Of a stretch of 64,000 nt of DNA, positions 12,668 to 25,424 are shown in pieces. Origin of the DNA: Octopus sinensis. Its lineage: Eukaryota. The DNA lies in assembly GCF_006345805.1 (NCBI RefSeq), contig NC_043004.1:99882001-99946000 (forward strand), read 5' to 3'. Numbering within the stretch: the first letter of the stretch is position 1; each line of letters begins with the position of its first letter. The notes below the pieces were generated by a model. That model did not search any database. It was not told the origin of the DNA and saw only the letters and a program-made list of their open reading frames with translations. Made by a program: the position numbers and the translations under genes.

Positions 12668-13249
12668 GTATTGCGTATAGGGACCTTCATAATTATTTAA
12701 TCTAGTTGATTGGTATTCTCTTTCCATCTTATTTCCCATCTGATTTCTTCTTTAGCATTTCAGTTTTGAAAATCAAACAGCTAATTAAGATACAGTCTTC
12801 TCACACTAAGATTAGAAGAACGGTTGTCAGTTTGCATTTGAGATACACATGTAAATACTTCAATGCTTAAAAACACATCTATTCGACGCTGTCTATTCCA
12901 CGGCTGTAGCTTACTAAAAATTTGTAACAATTTAAATTAGACAAGGAGGGTAATTTAAAAGCACAGTAGGGCCGTTATGAACATTTTATATACATTAACC
13001 TGACCGTTTTCACAGCTTCAACATTCTGAAAAATAAATGGCGATCATAAATTATTTTATAAAGCACGATGTAAAAGAAATACATTTTGAGTCTTACACTT
13101 TGTGTTCGTGAGTATATTATTTTACACAAGTGATGCTTAAATTTTTGATAGTGACTGCTTTATTTGTGCGCGTAATTGTATAAACTTCATTGCTTGTTTA
13201 AATATATGTCTTTTTTTTTAACATTTTCAATTGAAACAAAATGCTTCTT

Positions 13250-13427
13250 GTTTATGGTGAATATATTTTCTTGTACATTATTTACAAGTGGCGGATATTT
13301 GTCATCATCTTGTTTGTTGTTAACATAACGCTTCGGCTGATATACCCCCCAGCCTTCATCAGATGTCTTGAGGAAATTTCGAACCTGGGTCCTCATTCCT
13401 AAGGTATTTTCCGATGTTGTTGTTGTT

Positions 13428-13512
<85 letters not shown>

Positions 13513-13539
13513 ATATTATTATTAATATTATTATTATTA

Positions 13540-13614
<75 letters not shown>

Positions 13615-15135
13615 TCACTGCCTGGAATCGAACTTGAAATCTTGGGGTTAACAGCCACAACGCCATATGCCCGTAGACAACTATGGAGTGAATTTTAGGG
13701 CCTATAAATCTAATATTTTCCTATCCTTCCTTAATACCGGTTCCCATATGCTGTTCATATCTGTACTCGGTCTGCTTAGGAGGTTGTCTTCTACCTAATG
13801 TGCTGCTCCTTTTAGTTTTCGTATTTTCCAGTGTTTTTCTCTGTCTATTATTTCAACTTCATTCCACAGGGGGGGGGTCTCCATTTTGCCATACATGATC
13901 AGTTACACCCTATTTGTCAATATCTCCCCGTGTCACAGCTTTGCGATGTTCCTCTACCCTTATTTTGAGAGGGCAGCATATTTCGCCTTTATATAACCTA
14001 CCACAGCTGCATGGGATGGAGTACACGCAGTACTTAGTCATATTTTCTTCTATTGGTGGTTTTACTCGAAGGAAATATTTGCGAAGTGTTGTATTACTTT
14101 TGAATACTGTCTTGATGTCATATGGGCCGCATATCATTTGTATCTTTTCGAAGAGGCCTTAAACATAGTGCAGACAGACTGCGGACAGTTTATCGGTTTC
14201 ATCCTCTCTTTTCTCCATAATTGGAGTGGAGAGTATATTCTTAGGGTAGTTGCTGCTTAATAGATTGTTACTGAGCTTCATCATTTCTTCGTGGTAGGAA
14301 TAACGATCGCTACTTATATTCATTGCTCGATGTTTTAGGCACTGAGCAATCCCTCGTTTTATACTCTATAGGAGTTGGGAGCTTTAAGTATCGTCCAGTG
14401 AAGGTCGGTTTGTGGTATACGGATGTCCTGAATCCATACTTGGTGCGTGTTATTAATAGTCTAGGAATGCTAGCTGATTATCTTTTTCTTTTTCCATTGT
14501 GAACTGTTTGGATACTTTTATTGAGTTCACATGATCTAACAGCACTTGGAAATCTTCCTGGTGGGGCTAGAGAAGAATGACGGTGTCATCAACATATCAC
14601 AGCCATGGGGTTGGTTTTAGTGGTGTTTATCCTAAAGCCAAATTCTCGAAGTATTCCATGTATATATTAGCTATTATCGGTGATAATGGCGAACCCATAG
14701 CTAAACCCTCTTCTTGTCGATATATATCAGTGTTCATATTAAAGTAGGTAGTTTCTACACAGAAGGTCAACATTTCCATCAAGTTTCTTATTGTTATACT
14801 AGTGCGTTCTTTTAGATGTGTGTCTGTGACTAGTTTTTCTTGAATCCCCGATAGTGCCTCACCAGTTGGGCCTTTGGTAAACAGATTTATCACATCTATA
14901 CTTACCATCTGGTTGGATTCAATGAGGGTATCCTTGATCAATTCTGTGAAGTGGGTGGAATTCTTCACGTACAATGTTGACTTTCCTGCTAACGGACAAG
15001 ACACATGATGAAGGCTGGATGGTTTATCAGCCGAAACGTTGTGTTAACAACAAACAAGAAAACGACAAATATCCGTCAATTGTAAATGATGAAAATAATG
15101 TACATAATTCCTCATCTCTTAAATATAGAACTATA
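13250..15135 (-). mobile_element. Penelope-like element, 5'-truncated, with 3' pLTR (13250-13410) and inverted pLTR piece at the 5' junction (15000-15135)
   Basis: PLE RT and GIY-YIG coding remnants flanked by two oppositely oriented copies of the same hammerhead-bearing segment (..GATGAAGGCTGG..TATCAGCCGAA..GTTAACAACAAACAAG..GACAAATATCCG). Confidence 0.9.
13702..15004 (-). pseudogene. PLE reverse transcriptase + GIY-YIG endonuclease (frameshifted, with stops)
   Basis: RT: VKNSTHF, VSIDVINLFTKGP, QEEGLAMGSPLSPIIANIYMEYFE. GIY-YIG: VYSIPCSCGRLYKGE..PLKIRVEEH, then WNEVEIIDREKHWKIRKLK; stop at 13702-13704. Confidence 0.92.
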
Positions 15136-15199
15136 TTGTATATCTTCTTGATAAAGTATCTTTGATTTCTTCATATTTTTTGCATATATTTTGTTTAGA

Positions 15200-15590
15200 T
15201 ATCCAAGTCGGTGGTTTTCAAAAACAGGTAGAAGAGGGAATCTGGGAACGTATTTGTGTGTTGCACATTGATAAAAAGAACTAACTCCCGGAAATTTGAC
15301 AGATACAGTGATCCAGTATTTCTTGACGTGTTTTGCTTTTGAATATTTTGTGCACTTTGAGTGATATGTTTGCGGTTGTGTTTTGATTCAATAACGGAAT
15401 ATTCTGATGGATGGTGATATAGGTTCCTTTACTTCTTGGAGAGTTTGCTGATATATGCAGTGGAGCATTGGGAGTATCGAAAATGTATTTCGTCCTTCGT
15501 AATTCTTGAATATCTATTGCTTCTGCACGTTCTATTTTAATAGTTAACGTTCTGGAGTACCTTTTTTTGAAGAAGAGTTCTTTTTACGCC
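15200..15590 (-). pseudogene. Fragment of a second (Neptune-like) PLE ORF
   Basis: Minus strand: IERAEAIDIQELRRTK...PLHISANSPR...IHQNIPLLNQ...HKIFKSK, resembling the PLE thumb/linker region. Recognised from memory. Confidence 0.5.
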
Positions 15591-15595
15591 CTTTT

Positions 15596-15722
15596 ACGTT
15601 TCGGCTGATATACCCTTCAGCCAACATCCTATGTCTTGTCCGTTAGCAGGAAAGTCAACATTGTACGTGAAGAATTCCACCCACTTCACAGAATTGATCA
15701 AGGATACCCCCACTGAATCCAA
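15596..15722. repeat. Inverted duplicate of 14913-15040 (PLE RT / pLTR junction)
   Basis: TCCGTTAGCAGGAAAGTCAACATTGTACGTGAAGAATTCCACCCACTTCACAGAATTGATCAAGGATACC is the exact reverse complement of the sequence at about 14925-14997. Confidence 0.92.
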
Positions 15723-16094
15723 GTTTCACAATTAGAAACAAGTATACATATTTTTCCTGCCAGATTAATTAGGATATTTGCATTGTCATATCTTGTTCGT
15801 ATGAAATATATTAAAATTCTGTACATGGTTTTATGCGAATGACAATTTCAGTATTTAATTTTTTTTCTGTTTATGTTATCCACAAAAGAGTTGGTTTTTG
15901 TTATGATCCATTGAAAAAATAAGTTATTACTTATACTATAAATTATGGTTTTAAATTCATCGAGGCAGCGAATACAGCAGCATAACTTTACAAAAGGAAT
16001 CGATGGTTTATAAAAATAGGCTAATATCATCTTATATATTCTACTGTATTGGTTCATACTACTATGTTTATGGTTAAAGATTCTAAGGTTCTAA

Positions 16095-16560
16095 TAAGCA
16101 TCTCGAAAGAGTCCAGAAGCTGGCTACCCGCATGGTTCATGGTCTCAAAAATTTGTCCTATGAAGAAAGGCTGAGGACGCTCGACCTTTATTCTCTAGAA
16201 AAACGCCGCCGCCGTGGTGATCTCATTCTCGCCCACAACATCATAAGCGGAAAGTGTAACCTCTCGAAAGAGCTGTTCTTCACTCCTGCTCCAGAGCGTC
16301 GGCTGCGGGGTCATTCCGAAAAGCTCTATCTGCGACGATTTCATTTCAATCGAAGGAGAGGAGCTTTCTCCGTCCGGGTTGCGGATCCGTGGAACAAGCT
16401 GCCAGACGAGATGGTGAAGATGCCGACGACCGCTTTTTTCAAAGCCTCCCTTGACCTCAAGTGGCCTGAACTCTTTACATGAACACCACCCTGTACTTAA
16501 CTCCATGTCCCCCTACATGGCCTTGCTATTTGCTTTTGAGCCAAATTAACTAACTAACTG
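16095..16560 (+). mobile_element. CR1-type LINE 3' end (RT C-terminus + 3' UTR + (AACT)n tail)
   Basis: HLERVQKLATRMVHGLKNLSYEERLRTLDLYSLEKRRRRGDLI...RGH...FSVRVADPWNKLP is the classic CR1 C-terminus. Confidence 0.92.
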
Positions 16561-16680
16561 TTTTCACCCCCACTCCCTTTTTTTGCAAAACTGTATTCAT
16601 CATAGACCAATATCTTTTTCTGTAATGTTGTATTTGCACAGTATTTTTGTTTTCTTCTTGTTACTTAGTAGTGTTGATTG

Positions 16681-16972
<292 letters not shown>

Positions 16973-16977
16973 TAAAG

Positions 16978-17110
16978 GGGCGAGCTGGCAGAAACGTTAG
17001 TACGCCGGGCGAAATGCTTACCGGTACTTGGTCTGTCCTTAAGTTCTGAGTTCAAATTCGTCGAGGTCGATTTTGATTTTTATCCTTTCGAGATCGATAG
17101 ATTAACTACC
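16978..17110 (+). mobile_element. SINE family B, 5' part
   Basis: GAGCTGGCAGAAACGTTAGTACGCCGGGCGAAATGCTTA...GAGTTCAAATTC head matches 51381. Confidence 0.85.
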
Positions 17111-17214
17111 ATGACCTGATTAATGATATATCTAATAAAGGTGTCACAATAAAAAAACTGGTAATTGCGCAACCGGATAATCGCCACCTCATATGAGTGG
17201 CATTGAAAAAGCAA

Positions 17215-17590
17215 AACATTGTGAATAACGGTGGTAATAAAACTGAAGCCATTGATGGTGGCAGTGCTGCACCAGGCTGGCTCAGAGATTCTGGTCCAGG
17301 TCCGGCCTGTCGATATCCAGAAAGAGACCACCACGCACGGAGTAGATAGAGCAAGCAAATTAATGTTGTGGTCATGGAGTGTTAATACGTGAGCAAAACT
17401 GTAGATGAAAATGGTGCTCAAATTAGGGGTTACCGATAATGTATGTATGATCATTGGAGAGAAAAGGGATTGTTTCAACTCGTGGAACAGAGATTCTGTA
17501 AAGAAACTAGAGCAATAAAAAAAATCGTTGGTTTACAGAAGTAGAGCTCGAAGCTATCAAAAGACGGGTATTAGAAAACTGCAACATTAA
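17215..17590 (+). pseudogene. R4/Dong-type non-LTR retrotransposon, N-terminal fragment
   Basis: SKQINVVVMEC.YVSK...RGYR.CMYDHWREKGLFQLVEQRFCKETRAIKKNRWFTEVELEAIKRR, the N-terminal motif of R4/Dong ORFs. Confidence 0.7.
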
Positions 17591-17784
17591 CAACAGGGTA
17601 TGTATGTATGTATGTATGTATGTATGTATTTATGTATGTATGTATGTACGTATGTATGTATGTATGTATGTATGTATATGTACAGATTTGTATGTTTTGT
17701 TTTATGTATATATTCTCATGCATATAGTTGCATATCTAGACATGCTCATATATATTTAAATAATAAACTTCGGGAAAGTTTTAC

Positions 17785-18345
17785 AGATTTTTACAGTTCT
17801 GGTGATGGATTAGATCTATAGTCTTCGAAATGGCTTTCTCCTTTCTGGTCTTGAGAAGCCTAAATTCTCACGATTGGTATTTAGGCAGTGTGTTACATTA
17901 CACAGAGTCCGAATAATTACAGGTATAAACCTGAACTTGTAGTCTGGATAGAGTAACTGCAGATTTCTCAATAGTTCAGTGTAACTGATCATTAGTTTTA
18001 TGTAAACATCCGCTGGGCAGCTAATTTCCACAACTGTACACAGATTCTCTTCTCTATCCCAAATCATTATATCAGGTCTGTTGTGCTTACATTTTATTCA
18101 GGTCTACACTGGGACATTCCACCACTACTTTTTATTATGAGTGACTATAGTTTCTACCATAAAGTGGGTTCTTATTTTTTTCTCTTTGGGCTTATCCTAA
18201 CGACGAATTTCATTATAGAGTGTCCTAGTTATTACATCATGCCTCATCGGTAGATAATACCGTGATGACATGTTTTGACATCTGCTTATGATATGGATGA
18301 TATCTGCGGTATTAACTCTACATAGTCTGCATCGCTTGTCACATT
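17785..18345 (-). pseudogene. RLE-type (R4/Dong-like) LINE C-terminus: zinc knuckle + restriction-like endonuclease
   Basis: CRLCRVNTADIIHIISRC...RHD..., WWNVP...HNRPDIMIWDREENLCTVVEISCPAD...FIPVII. Confidence 0.85.
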
Positions 18346-18595
18346 TATGTATGTATGTATGTATCTACGTATGTATATACAAATTTAAAATGAAAAATTA
18401 AATTACACCATCTAGAAAATTACATATAATAGAAAGATTAGATATAAGATAAAAAATATAACGATGATTATATTTATCTTATATTTAATCTTTTTATTAT
18501 ATGTAATTTTCTAGATGGTGTAATTTAATTTTTCCCTCTAAGTTTGGAATAATATTCCCTCATATTATTATTATCATTATTATATATATATATAT

Positions 18596-18634
<39 letters not shown>

Positions 18635-19839
18635 GAAAGACAGAAAGACTGACACACAGACAAACAAACAGACAAGCAGATGATCAGAGACCTCTTAGGA
18701 GTGCTGTCTTTGGAAATTAAGAAAAAGCATTTTTATTAGAAAACCTAACAGCATAAATAATAGCACTTGAATAAATAGCATAAATAAAAGTCTTATAATT
18801 AATAATTTAGGTGAGTATATTACGCGCATAAAAACATGCATCTCGTTCAAAGACATTGAACTTGCTTTGACGGTAGGAGTCAACATAAATTTTAAATTTC
18901 AGCTTGGTTTCTCACGTGTTCTGTTACTTGTTATCATATGAATTAGTTGTAGATTCGCCAACTCTGCAGTTGAAACTGAACCTTTACAAGGAATATATTT
19001 ATATAATTTTTGTTTTCGTTTTTTCTTTTGCTCTGCATTTAGGCAAGTAAATCTATCTTCTCTTCTGTTTAGCGTGCGGCTGCAGCATCTGAATTGTAGC
19101 TTTGGATCGTTCAACGAAAGTACCGTATGCTGCATTTGCTGTTTGCATTACAGCGATCTACAATGAAGTTGATTTATCCTCATAGATTTAGAAAGAAAAT
19201 ATAATTTGAATGATATGTTGAATTACTCTGGTTTTTGAAACATAAAATATTATGTATACTATGAATTGCGTGCGTATAGTTTTAAAGGCACTTTAAATTA
19301 AGGTAAACGCTGAATGTATCAGCCGAATAAATTCGCTCTAACCAAGTTATTGAATACGTTTTTTCGCTTGATCATTAAAAATAACGTACATTTTGTGTCT
19401 ATCAAATTGGCCGCTATACGTGAAGAGCGATTACAGAGTTGAATAGAAGAACAACAAATAATTCATTTAAAAACATCAAAATACAAGAAAAACCTCGACT
19501 AAAACATCGAATGCTGAATACAGAGATATAAGGCATCATTTTTAGTCAGGAGCAGCAGCATCGATCTACACAATTGGAATATTGGATTCTAAAATCCCAG
19601 AGAACTTCGTAATAAAACAAGGCGATCGTAAGTATTCAAATATAACAATTTAGTAAATAGAGAAATAAGCCTTAAAAAAAATATACTAACGTCCAAATCA
19701 CGTGAAACGAAAATAATGATTTATCAGCGAAAATTCAACCTAACAATATATTCGCACATCACGAGAATCACAAAATCTCTATTGGCACAAAATAAAAAAT
19801 ATTTCCATATAGTATCTCTATATCTATAGACACGCACAA

Positions 19840-19875
<36 letters not shown>

Positions 19876-20040
19876 GTGTGCGTGTGTATACACCCCACAC
19901 ACACAAGCATGCATAAATACATACATATTTATATATATTTATTTAAGGCGGTAATCCAGCATTGTCACAGTTAAATGACTGAAAAAAGTAAAAGAATCAT
20001 TAGAATATAAGAATATATATATGTATATATATATATTTTT

Positions 20041-20074
<34 letters not shown>

Positions 20075-20106
20075 ACACACACACACACACACATATGTAT
20101 ATATAT

Positions 20107-20142
<36 letters not shown>

Positions 20143-20204
20143 TACATATATATACATATATATACATATATATATACATATATTATATATAATATATATT
20201 TATT

Positions 20205-20400
20205 ATATAGAAGGAGCTTCTACAGGACTAGAACTGTTTCATTCAAGAGAATCTTCAGGAAGCTAGTTAACAAGAATTGTATTGGCATTTATACATTTAG
20301 GCAGGTTTAACGGGGTGTTGGTGGGGGCTTTTTTGGGGGTAGGCATAGCACAAAATATCATACTTGGGGGAGTGGTCAAGGAGTCAGTGTTAAATTAGAT
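20205..20400 (-). mobile_element. Probable PLE terminal remnant containing a hammerhead at 20215-20264
   Basis: Minus strand: AGCTTC-CTGAAGA-TTCTCTTGAAT-GAAACAG-TTCTAGTC-CTGTA-GAAGCT. Confidence 0.6.
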
Positions 20401-20479
20401 AGAAGAATAAATAAAAAAATAAAAAATAAAAAATAAAAAATAAAAAATAAATAAAAAAACCTATATATAAAAAAAAAAC

Positions 20480-21365
20480 CTATATATAAAAAAAAAAAAC
20501 CCCAAAAAAACCTATATAAAAAAAAGGGGGATAGAGTTTTAGGTAAATAAGGAGATTCTCACTTATACCTATGCACACATGTATACATACATACACACAC
20601 ATACAAACATATATACATATACATACACACATACATACCACACATATATATACAATATATACACTTACACATACACATGCATATACATATCTATCTACAC
20701 ATACACATATATGTATACACACACACACTCACATGCATACACGTATACACACTTGTATATATAACACACGACCTCACATACATATACGCACAGAAAAATA
20801 TATATACACATACACACACATACTCACATACACGCATACACACACATATCCACACACACACATGCACACACAGCACACTAGTCCCTATAACACATATATA
20901 CACATACACACACATACATACATATACATACATGTATACATATACATATGTGTACCTATGCAAACCACTACACATACACACATATATACACATACTAATA
21001 CAGACCCATTCCCTAATTTTAATTTTATTATCTTCGTTTATTACTTTTGTTATCTTTGGCCGCTTGGTCGCAAACATCTTGGCTATGACAGCCAGTCCAT
21101 TTATCTGTCTACTGGAAAACGCACTCATTCCACTCACGCACACTCTTTAGCACGTACTCTCACTCATTCGTACACTCATACACATACACGCACGCACGCG
21201 TTATATTCATACATACATCCATCTACATACATTCACGTATATACACATACGTACGCGTACCTACAGATTTATGTCTACACTCTTAGAAGGCTAGTCTATA
21301 TATATACACCAATAAATATAAATACACACACATACATATACACCTACATACAAATACATACATGC

Positions 21366-21411
<46 letters not shown>

Positions 21412-21430
21412 ATACATATATATATATATA
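20480..21430. repeat. Degenerate (CA/TA)n low-complexity tract
   Basis: Seen directly; it is the source of the 360-aa His/Thr/Tyr ORF. Confidence 0.9.
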
Positions 21431-21789
21431 TCGTTACACCCCACCAAAAAATATACAAGACTTCAAGACCGAGCGACTGAAAACCAAACACTATAATGAA
21501 CAATTTTCAAAAGAAATCTATGATACATGTTCCCTAGATTTACTAATGGATAGAATATGTACAACATCCACTTTCCCATTTCGTAGATGGCTTTTGGGAT
21601 TGAGACCTCTGGGGATTCTAGATTTCAATCTCTTGACAGAGAATAGCACTTAACATTGCTTGTAGTAGTTATAGTTGTTGACTCCTAGATATGGTGGCCA
21701 TGGTAATGTTATGTTTGTACGTGCGGTCTGGGTCTTAGTGCTGGTAATATTACGAATATTACTGTTATTGTTATTATGATTATTAGCTC

Positions 21790-21880
21790 TACTGCTACTA
21801 CTACTACTACTACTACTACTACTAAGCTACCACCCACGAGCAACATCGTCATTACAAACACTGCTGCTACTACTACTACT

Positions 21881-21954
<74 letters not shown>

Positions 21955-21955
21955 A
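21790..21955 (+). repeat. (CTA)n microsatellite
   Basis: Seen directly in the sequence. Confidence 0.9.
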
Positions 21956-22155
21956 ATGTTCCTACTTCTGTTGTTATGTTGCCTGTAAAACGATTAAATA
22001 GATAGGAACAAATAGCGAAGCACTATTTCGCATCTATTGACTATTTCAACTTATTTTTGTTGAGCTGTCACATGATGTACAGAGATAATACATCGCGTAT
22101 AAACGCGTAGTCCACATCCATACGTATGTTAATGCACAAACACACACACACACAC

Positions 22156-22186
<31 letters not shown>

Positions 22187-22357
22187 TGTATGTATGTATG
22201 TATGTATGTATGTATGTGTGTATGTATGTATGTATGTATGTATGTATGTTGTATGTATGTATATAGACAAGTGTGAAGAAACGTTCGTACGTTTATTAAT
22301 GAAATAATTAGTATTTAGCTACCAGTTCCAGGAATGCGTTTAATATATAAATTGGTA

Positions 22358-22703
22358 TACTCTTTTACACTTTTACTTGTTTCAGCCATTTAACTGCGGC
22401 CATGTTGGAGCACCACATTTAGTCGAGCAAATCGATCCCCAGGACTTATTCTTTATAAGCCTAATATTTATTCAATAGGGGACGTAAGCACATCGGATGT
22501 CAAGCGATGCTGGGAGGACAAACAGACACACAAACATATACACACACGCATATACATACATACACGCACACACACAGACATATATATATATATAATTATA
22601 TATATATATATATATATAAATACATATACCAGAGGGTTCTTCCAGACTCCGTCTACCAAATCCACTCACAAGGCTTTGGTCGGCCTGAGGCCATAGTAGA
22701 AGA
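22358..22703 (-). mobile_element. SINE family A, head-truncated and internally deleted
   Basis: Tail TTGTTTCAGCCATTTAACTGCGGCC plus body CTACCAAATCCACTCACAAGGC. Confidence 0.85.
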
Positions 22704-22714
22704 ATCAATAATGT

Positions 22715-23620
22715 CCGAGCGGATCATTGATGTGCGGTGCATCTAATATCAATTGGACAAAAGACTATCTACAGAGGACTGACCGAAAATTAAGTAAACT
22801 AACTCACAATGCCACCCCAAGAGCAATATGGATAAGCTTATCTAATCCTGTACAGAGACGAACGAAGGCTAATTAGCTGTGAAATTTGCATACGCTCAGG
22901 AGGTAAATAATTGGAGTGGTATATCGAAATTTCCATGGCACCCTTGCTGGTTTAGGTGAGGCTATTTGTTGTAATCAGGACAAATAGTTCGAGTATAGAG
23001 AAAAATAGCAAGGAAGAGGAAAGAAAATGGAAAAAAGGATGTAAACAGCGAGAGGGGCTAACAGAATTAGAAACGCCGATAGAAGTTGACACGGACTAAA
23101 GGAGTGTGTCTTGAAGTCAGTAACAGAAGCGCTTATCTGTCTTGCATGGGAACAAGCACTCGGATTAAATTAAACAAATGCAAGATTGGCAATAAAAATG
23201 AAAGTCCTAGTCATGCGGTGATAAATATGAGAGTTTTTGGTAAATTGCGAATGAGTGTACAAATCAGGACAAAGAATACTAGAAATGAAGACATGATAAT
23301 GCTACAAGATTCATAGCTACAAGCTGTGTAGCAAGGACGGATTAGATAGAGCGAGGATGTTGGATGGGCAAATATCAGACGGAGTATTCGAGAATTACAT
23401 GGCAAAGATACAGCGGGATGTAACGATCCAATATGATGTGGAAATTGAACATCGAAGGTCACATATAACGATCGTGAATAAAGAGGAAATGACTGCCTTA
23501 CTCATAGATATTGTAAACCCTGGTGATAACAGAGTATCGGAAAGAGAAGCTGAACAACAGATTAGATAAAATGGTTTGAAGGTGGGGGGAGAACCTGTAG
23601 TCATAAAGAAGCTGTTATTC
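22715..23620 (+). pseudogene. R4/Dong-type LINE: RT C-terminal region and RLE endonuclease, degraded
   Basis: INWTKDYLQRTDRKL, HPKSNMDKL, LISCEICIR; then GVFENYMAKIQRDVTIQYDVEIEHRRSHITIVNKEEMTALLIDIVNPGDNRVSERE. Confidence 0.8.
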
Positions 23621-23689
23621 TCTTCATTTTTTTTTTTTTAGAAGTTTTGGGTATTCTAAGTATCAAGCTGACAAACATGAAAATGGGAT

Positions 23690-24040
23690 GAAAAACGGGA
23701 AGCAGCAGAAAACAGTGTTGCTTAGAACTGACGGAAGCCACTTCAGAGGTCTCGAAATCTGGAAACAGCGAACACTTATGTATGTATGTCAGAAGGTTTG
23801 CAAATCTAACAGAGGCCTCAAAAGACATTTTAAGATCCACAAAGAGCAGAACTTTTGGTGGTCCAAATCGGAGGTGCAATCTATGTGGGTGTCTTTTCAG
23901 AACATTGGTTTAAAAAGCCAGATCAGACGCCATGATGGTGCTCAGGTGTAGGTACAGGAGGTGGTCAAACTGGTGTTGGTGTGTTTACGTTCCATTAATT
24001 TAGTGATCCAGCAGCAGGGACCGATAGAATAAGCACCAGG
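23690..24040 (+). mobile_element. RTE-type LINE 3' end (two C2H2 fingers) joined to the SINE A 3' half
   Basis: VCQKVCKSNRGLKRHFKIH...RCNLCGCLFRTLV(G)LKSQIRRH, followed by TGTTGGTGTGTTTACGT...GACCGATAGAATAAGCACCAGG. Confidence 0.75.
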
Positions 24041-24074
24041 TTTCTGCATTAAGAAAGATAAATGATCATTTTAT

Positions 24075-24205
24075 ACTATAGGCACAATGCCTGAAATTTT
24101 GGGGAGATGGCGATAGTCAATTACATCGCCCCCAGTACTTGACTGGTACTTAATTTCTCGACCTCAAAATGAGGAATGGCAAAGTCGACTTCGGCGGAAT
24201 TTCAA
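24075..24205 (-). mobile_element. SINE family B, 3' part
   Basis: TAGGCACAATGCCTGAAATTTTGGGG...CCCCAGTACTTGACTGGTACTTAAT...AAAGTCGACTTCGGCGGAATTT. Confidence 0.8.
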
Positions 24206-25141
24206 GAAAGATAAATAATAATAATAATAATAATAATAACAATAATGATGATGACGTACATGGCTTTGGATATGATTCGATCCTAGTACTTAGCTGATAC
24301 TTACTTTTTTTATGAACCCTGAATGATGTAAGATAATGTTAATATAAGCAGTTTTTAAACTCAGAACATAAGGAGTTGTAACTAAACACTACAAGTAATT
24401 TTGTCCGCAACAACGATTCTACCAGCACTCCACTAGAACTGCTGCTGCGGCTGCTGCTGCTGCCACCGCCACTGATATTGCAGATGGAGTTGGCGGACGA
24501 TGATGATGATGATGATAATGATGATGATGATGATGACGACGACAGTGGTGGTGGTGGTGGGGGGGTGATGATGATGATGATGATGAGGCTATCATTAGCA
24601 ACGTTAAGGGTGCTTCGAACAAGACTCTCATATGTAAACGACATATATTCTTCGAGAAAATGCTTAGTCAGTGGAAAAGAAAAAAAAACTAAAGAAAAAC
24701 AAATAACAGACACCTATTCTCATAAACACAGACTTTCTCGACAAAGCCACATTAATAGTGTACATACACCCTGATGAGAAAAGCAGCAACAACAACAACA
24801 ACAACAGCTAATACTTAATACACCAATCATCATCATGATAACACGGAACAATGATAATAATAACAACGAAGTGACAGAGTCATTAATAACATTTAAGCTG
24901 ATTGTTTTTGTTCCATTAGCCATAGTAAATTTGGAACTTTCTTGTTAATCTTACATTCCTAACATATTTAATACGGGAATAACAGCTTTCTGAAAATTAA
25001 AATAAATGGAAAGAAGTAGGACAATATTTGGTCAATTGTCTATAGAATTAAATTTCTTTAATTTAGATTTATTGTTAGAAGAAATTCCGTTGTCAACTCT
25101 TTTTAACGTTTTGTTTTATGTGCATGTCACATTCTTATCTG

Positions 25142-25184
<43 letters not shown>

Positions 25185-25424
25185 CTGAGGAATATTTTTT
25201 CTTATATTCAGGTTAGTTTTTTTTAAGCTGTATTTTGTATGGTGTAGAAAAGCATACAATCAGTAATATATATGTATTCACAATGTTCGTGTATTTGGTT
25301 AATGAGAGACGAAAGTTGGTAAATACGAGTATTAATCACTATAATTGTTTCGACCCACCTATCATCATTAATAACACATACACACACGCACACACACATA
25401 CACACATATCTCTCATCCTTTAAT

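Noticed and set aside
25335-25378. HHR-like minus-strand motif ATGATGA...GTC-GAAAC-AATT-ATA
   Set aside because: C3, stem II and stem III are all defective; at best a very old relic.
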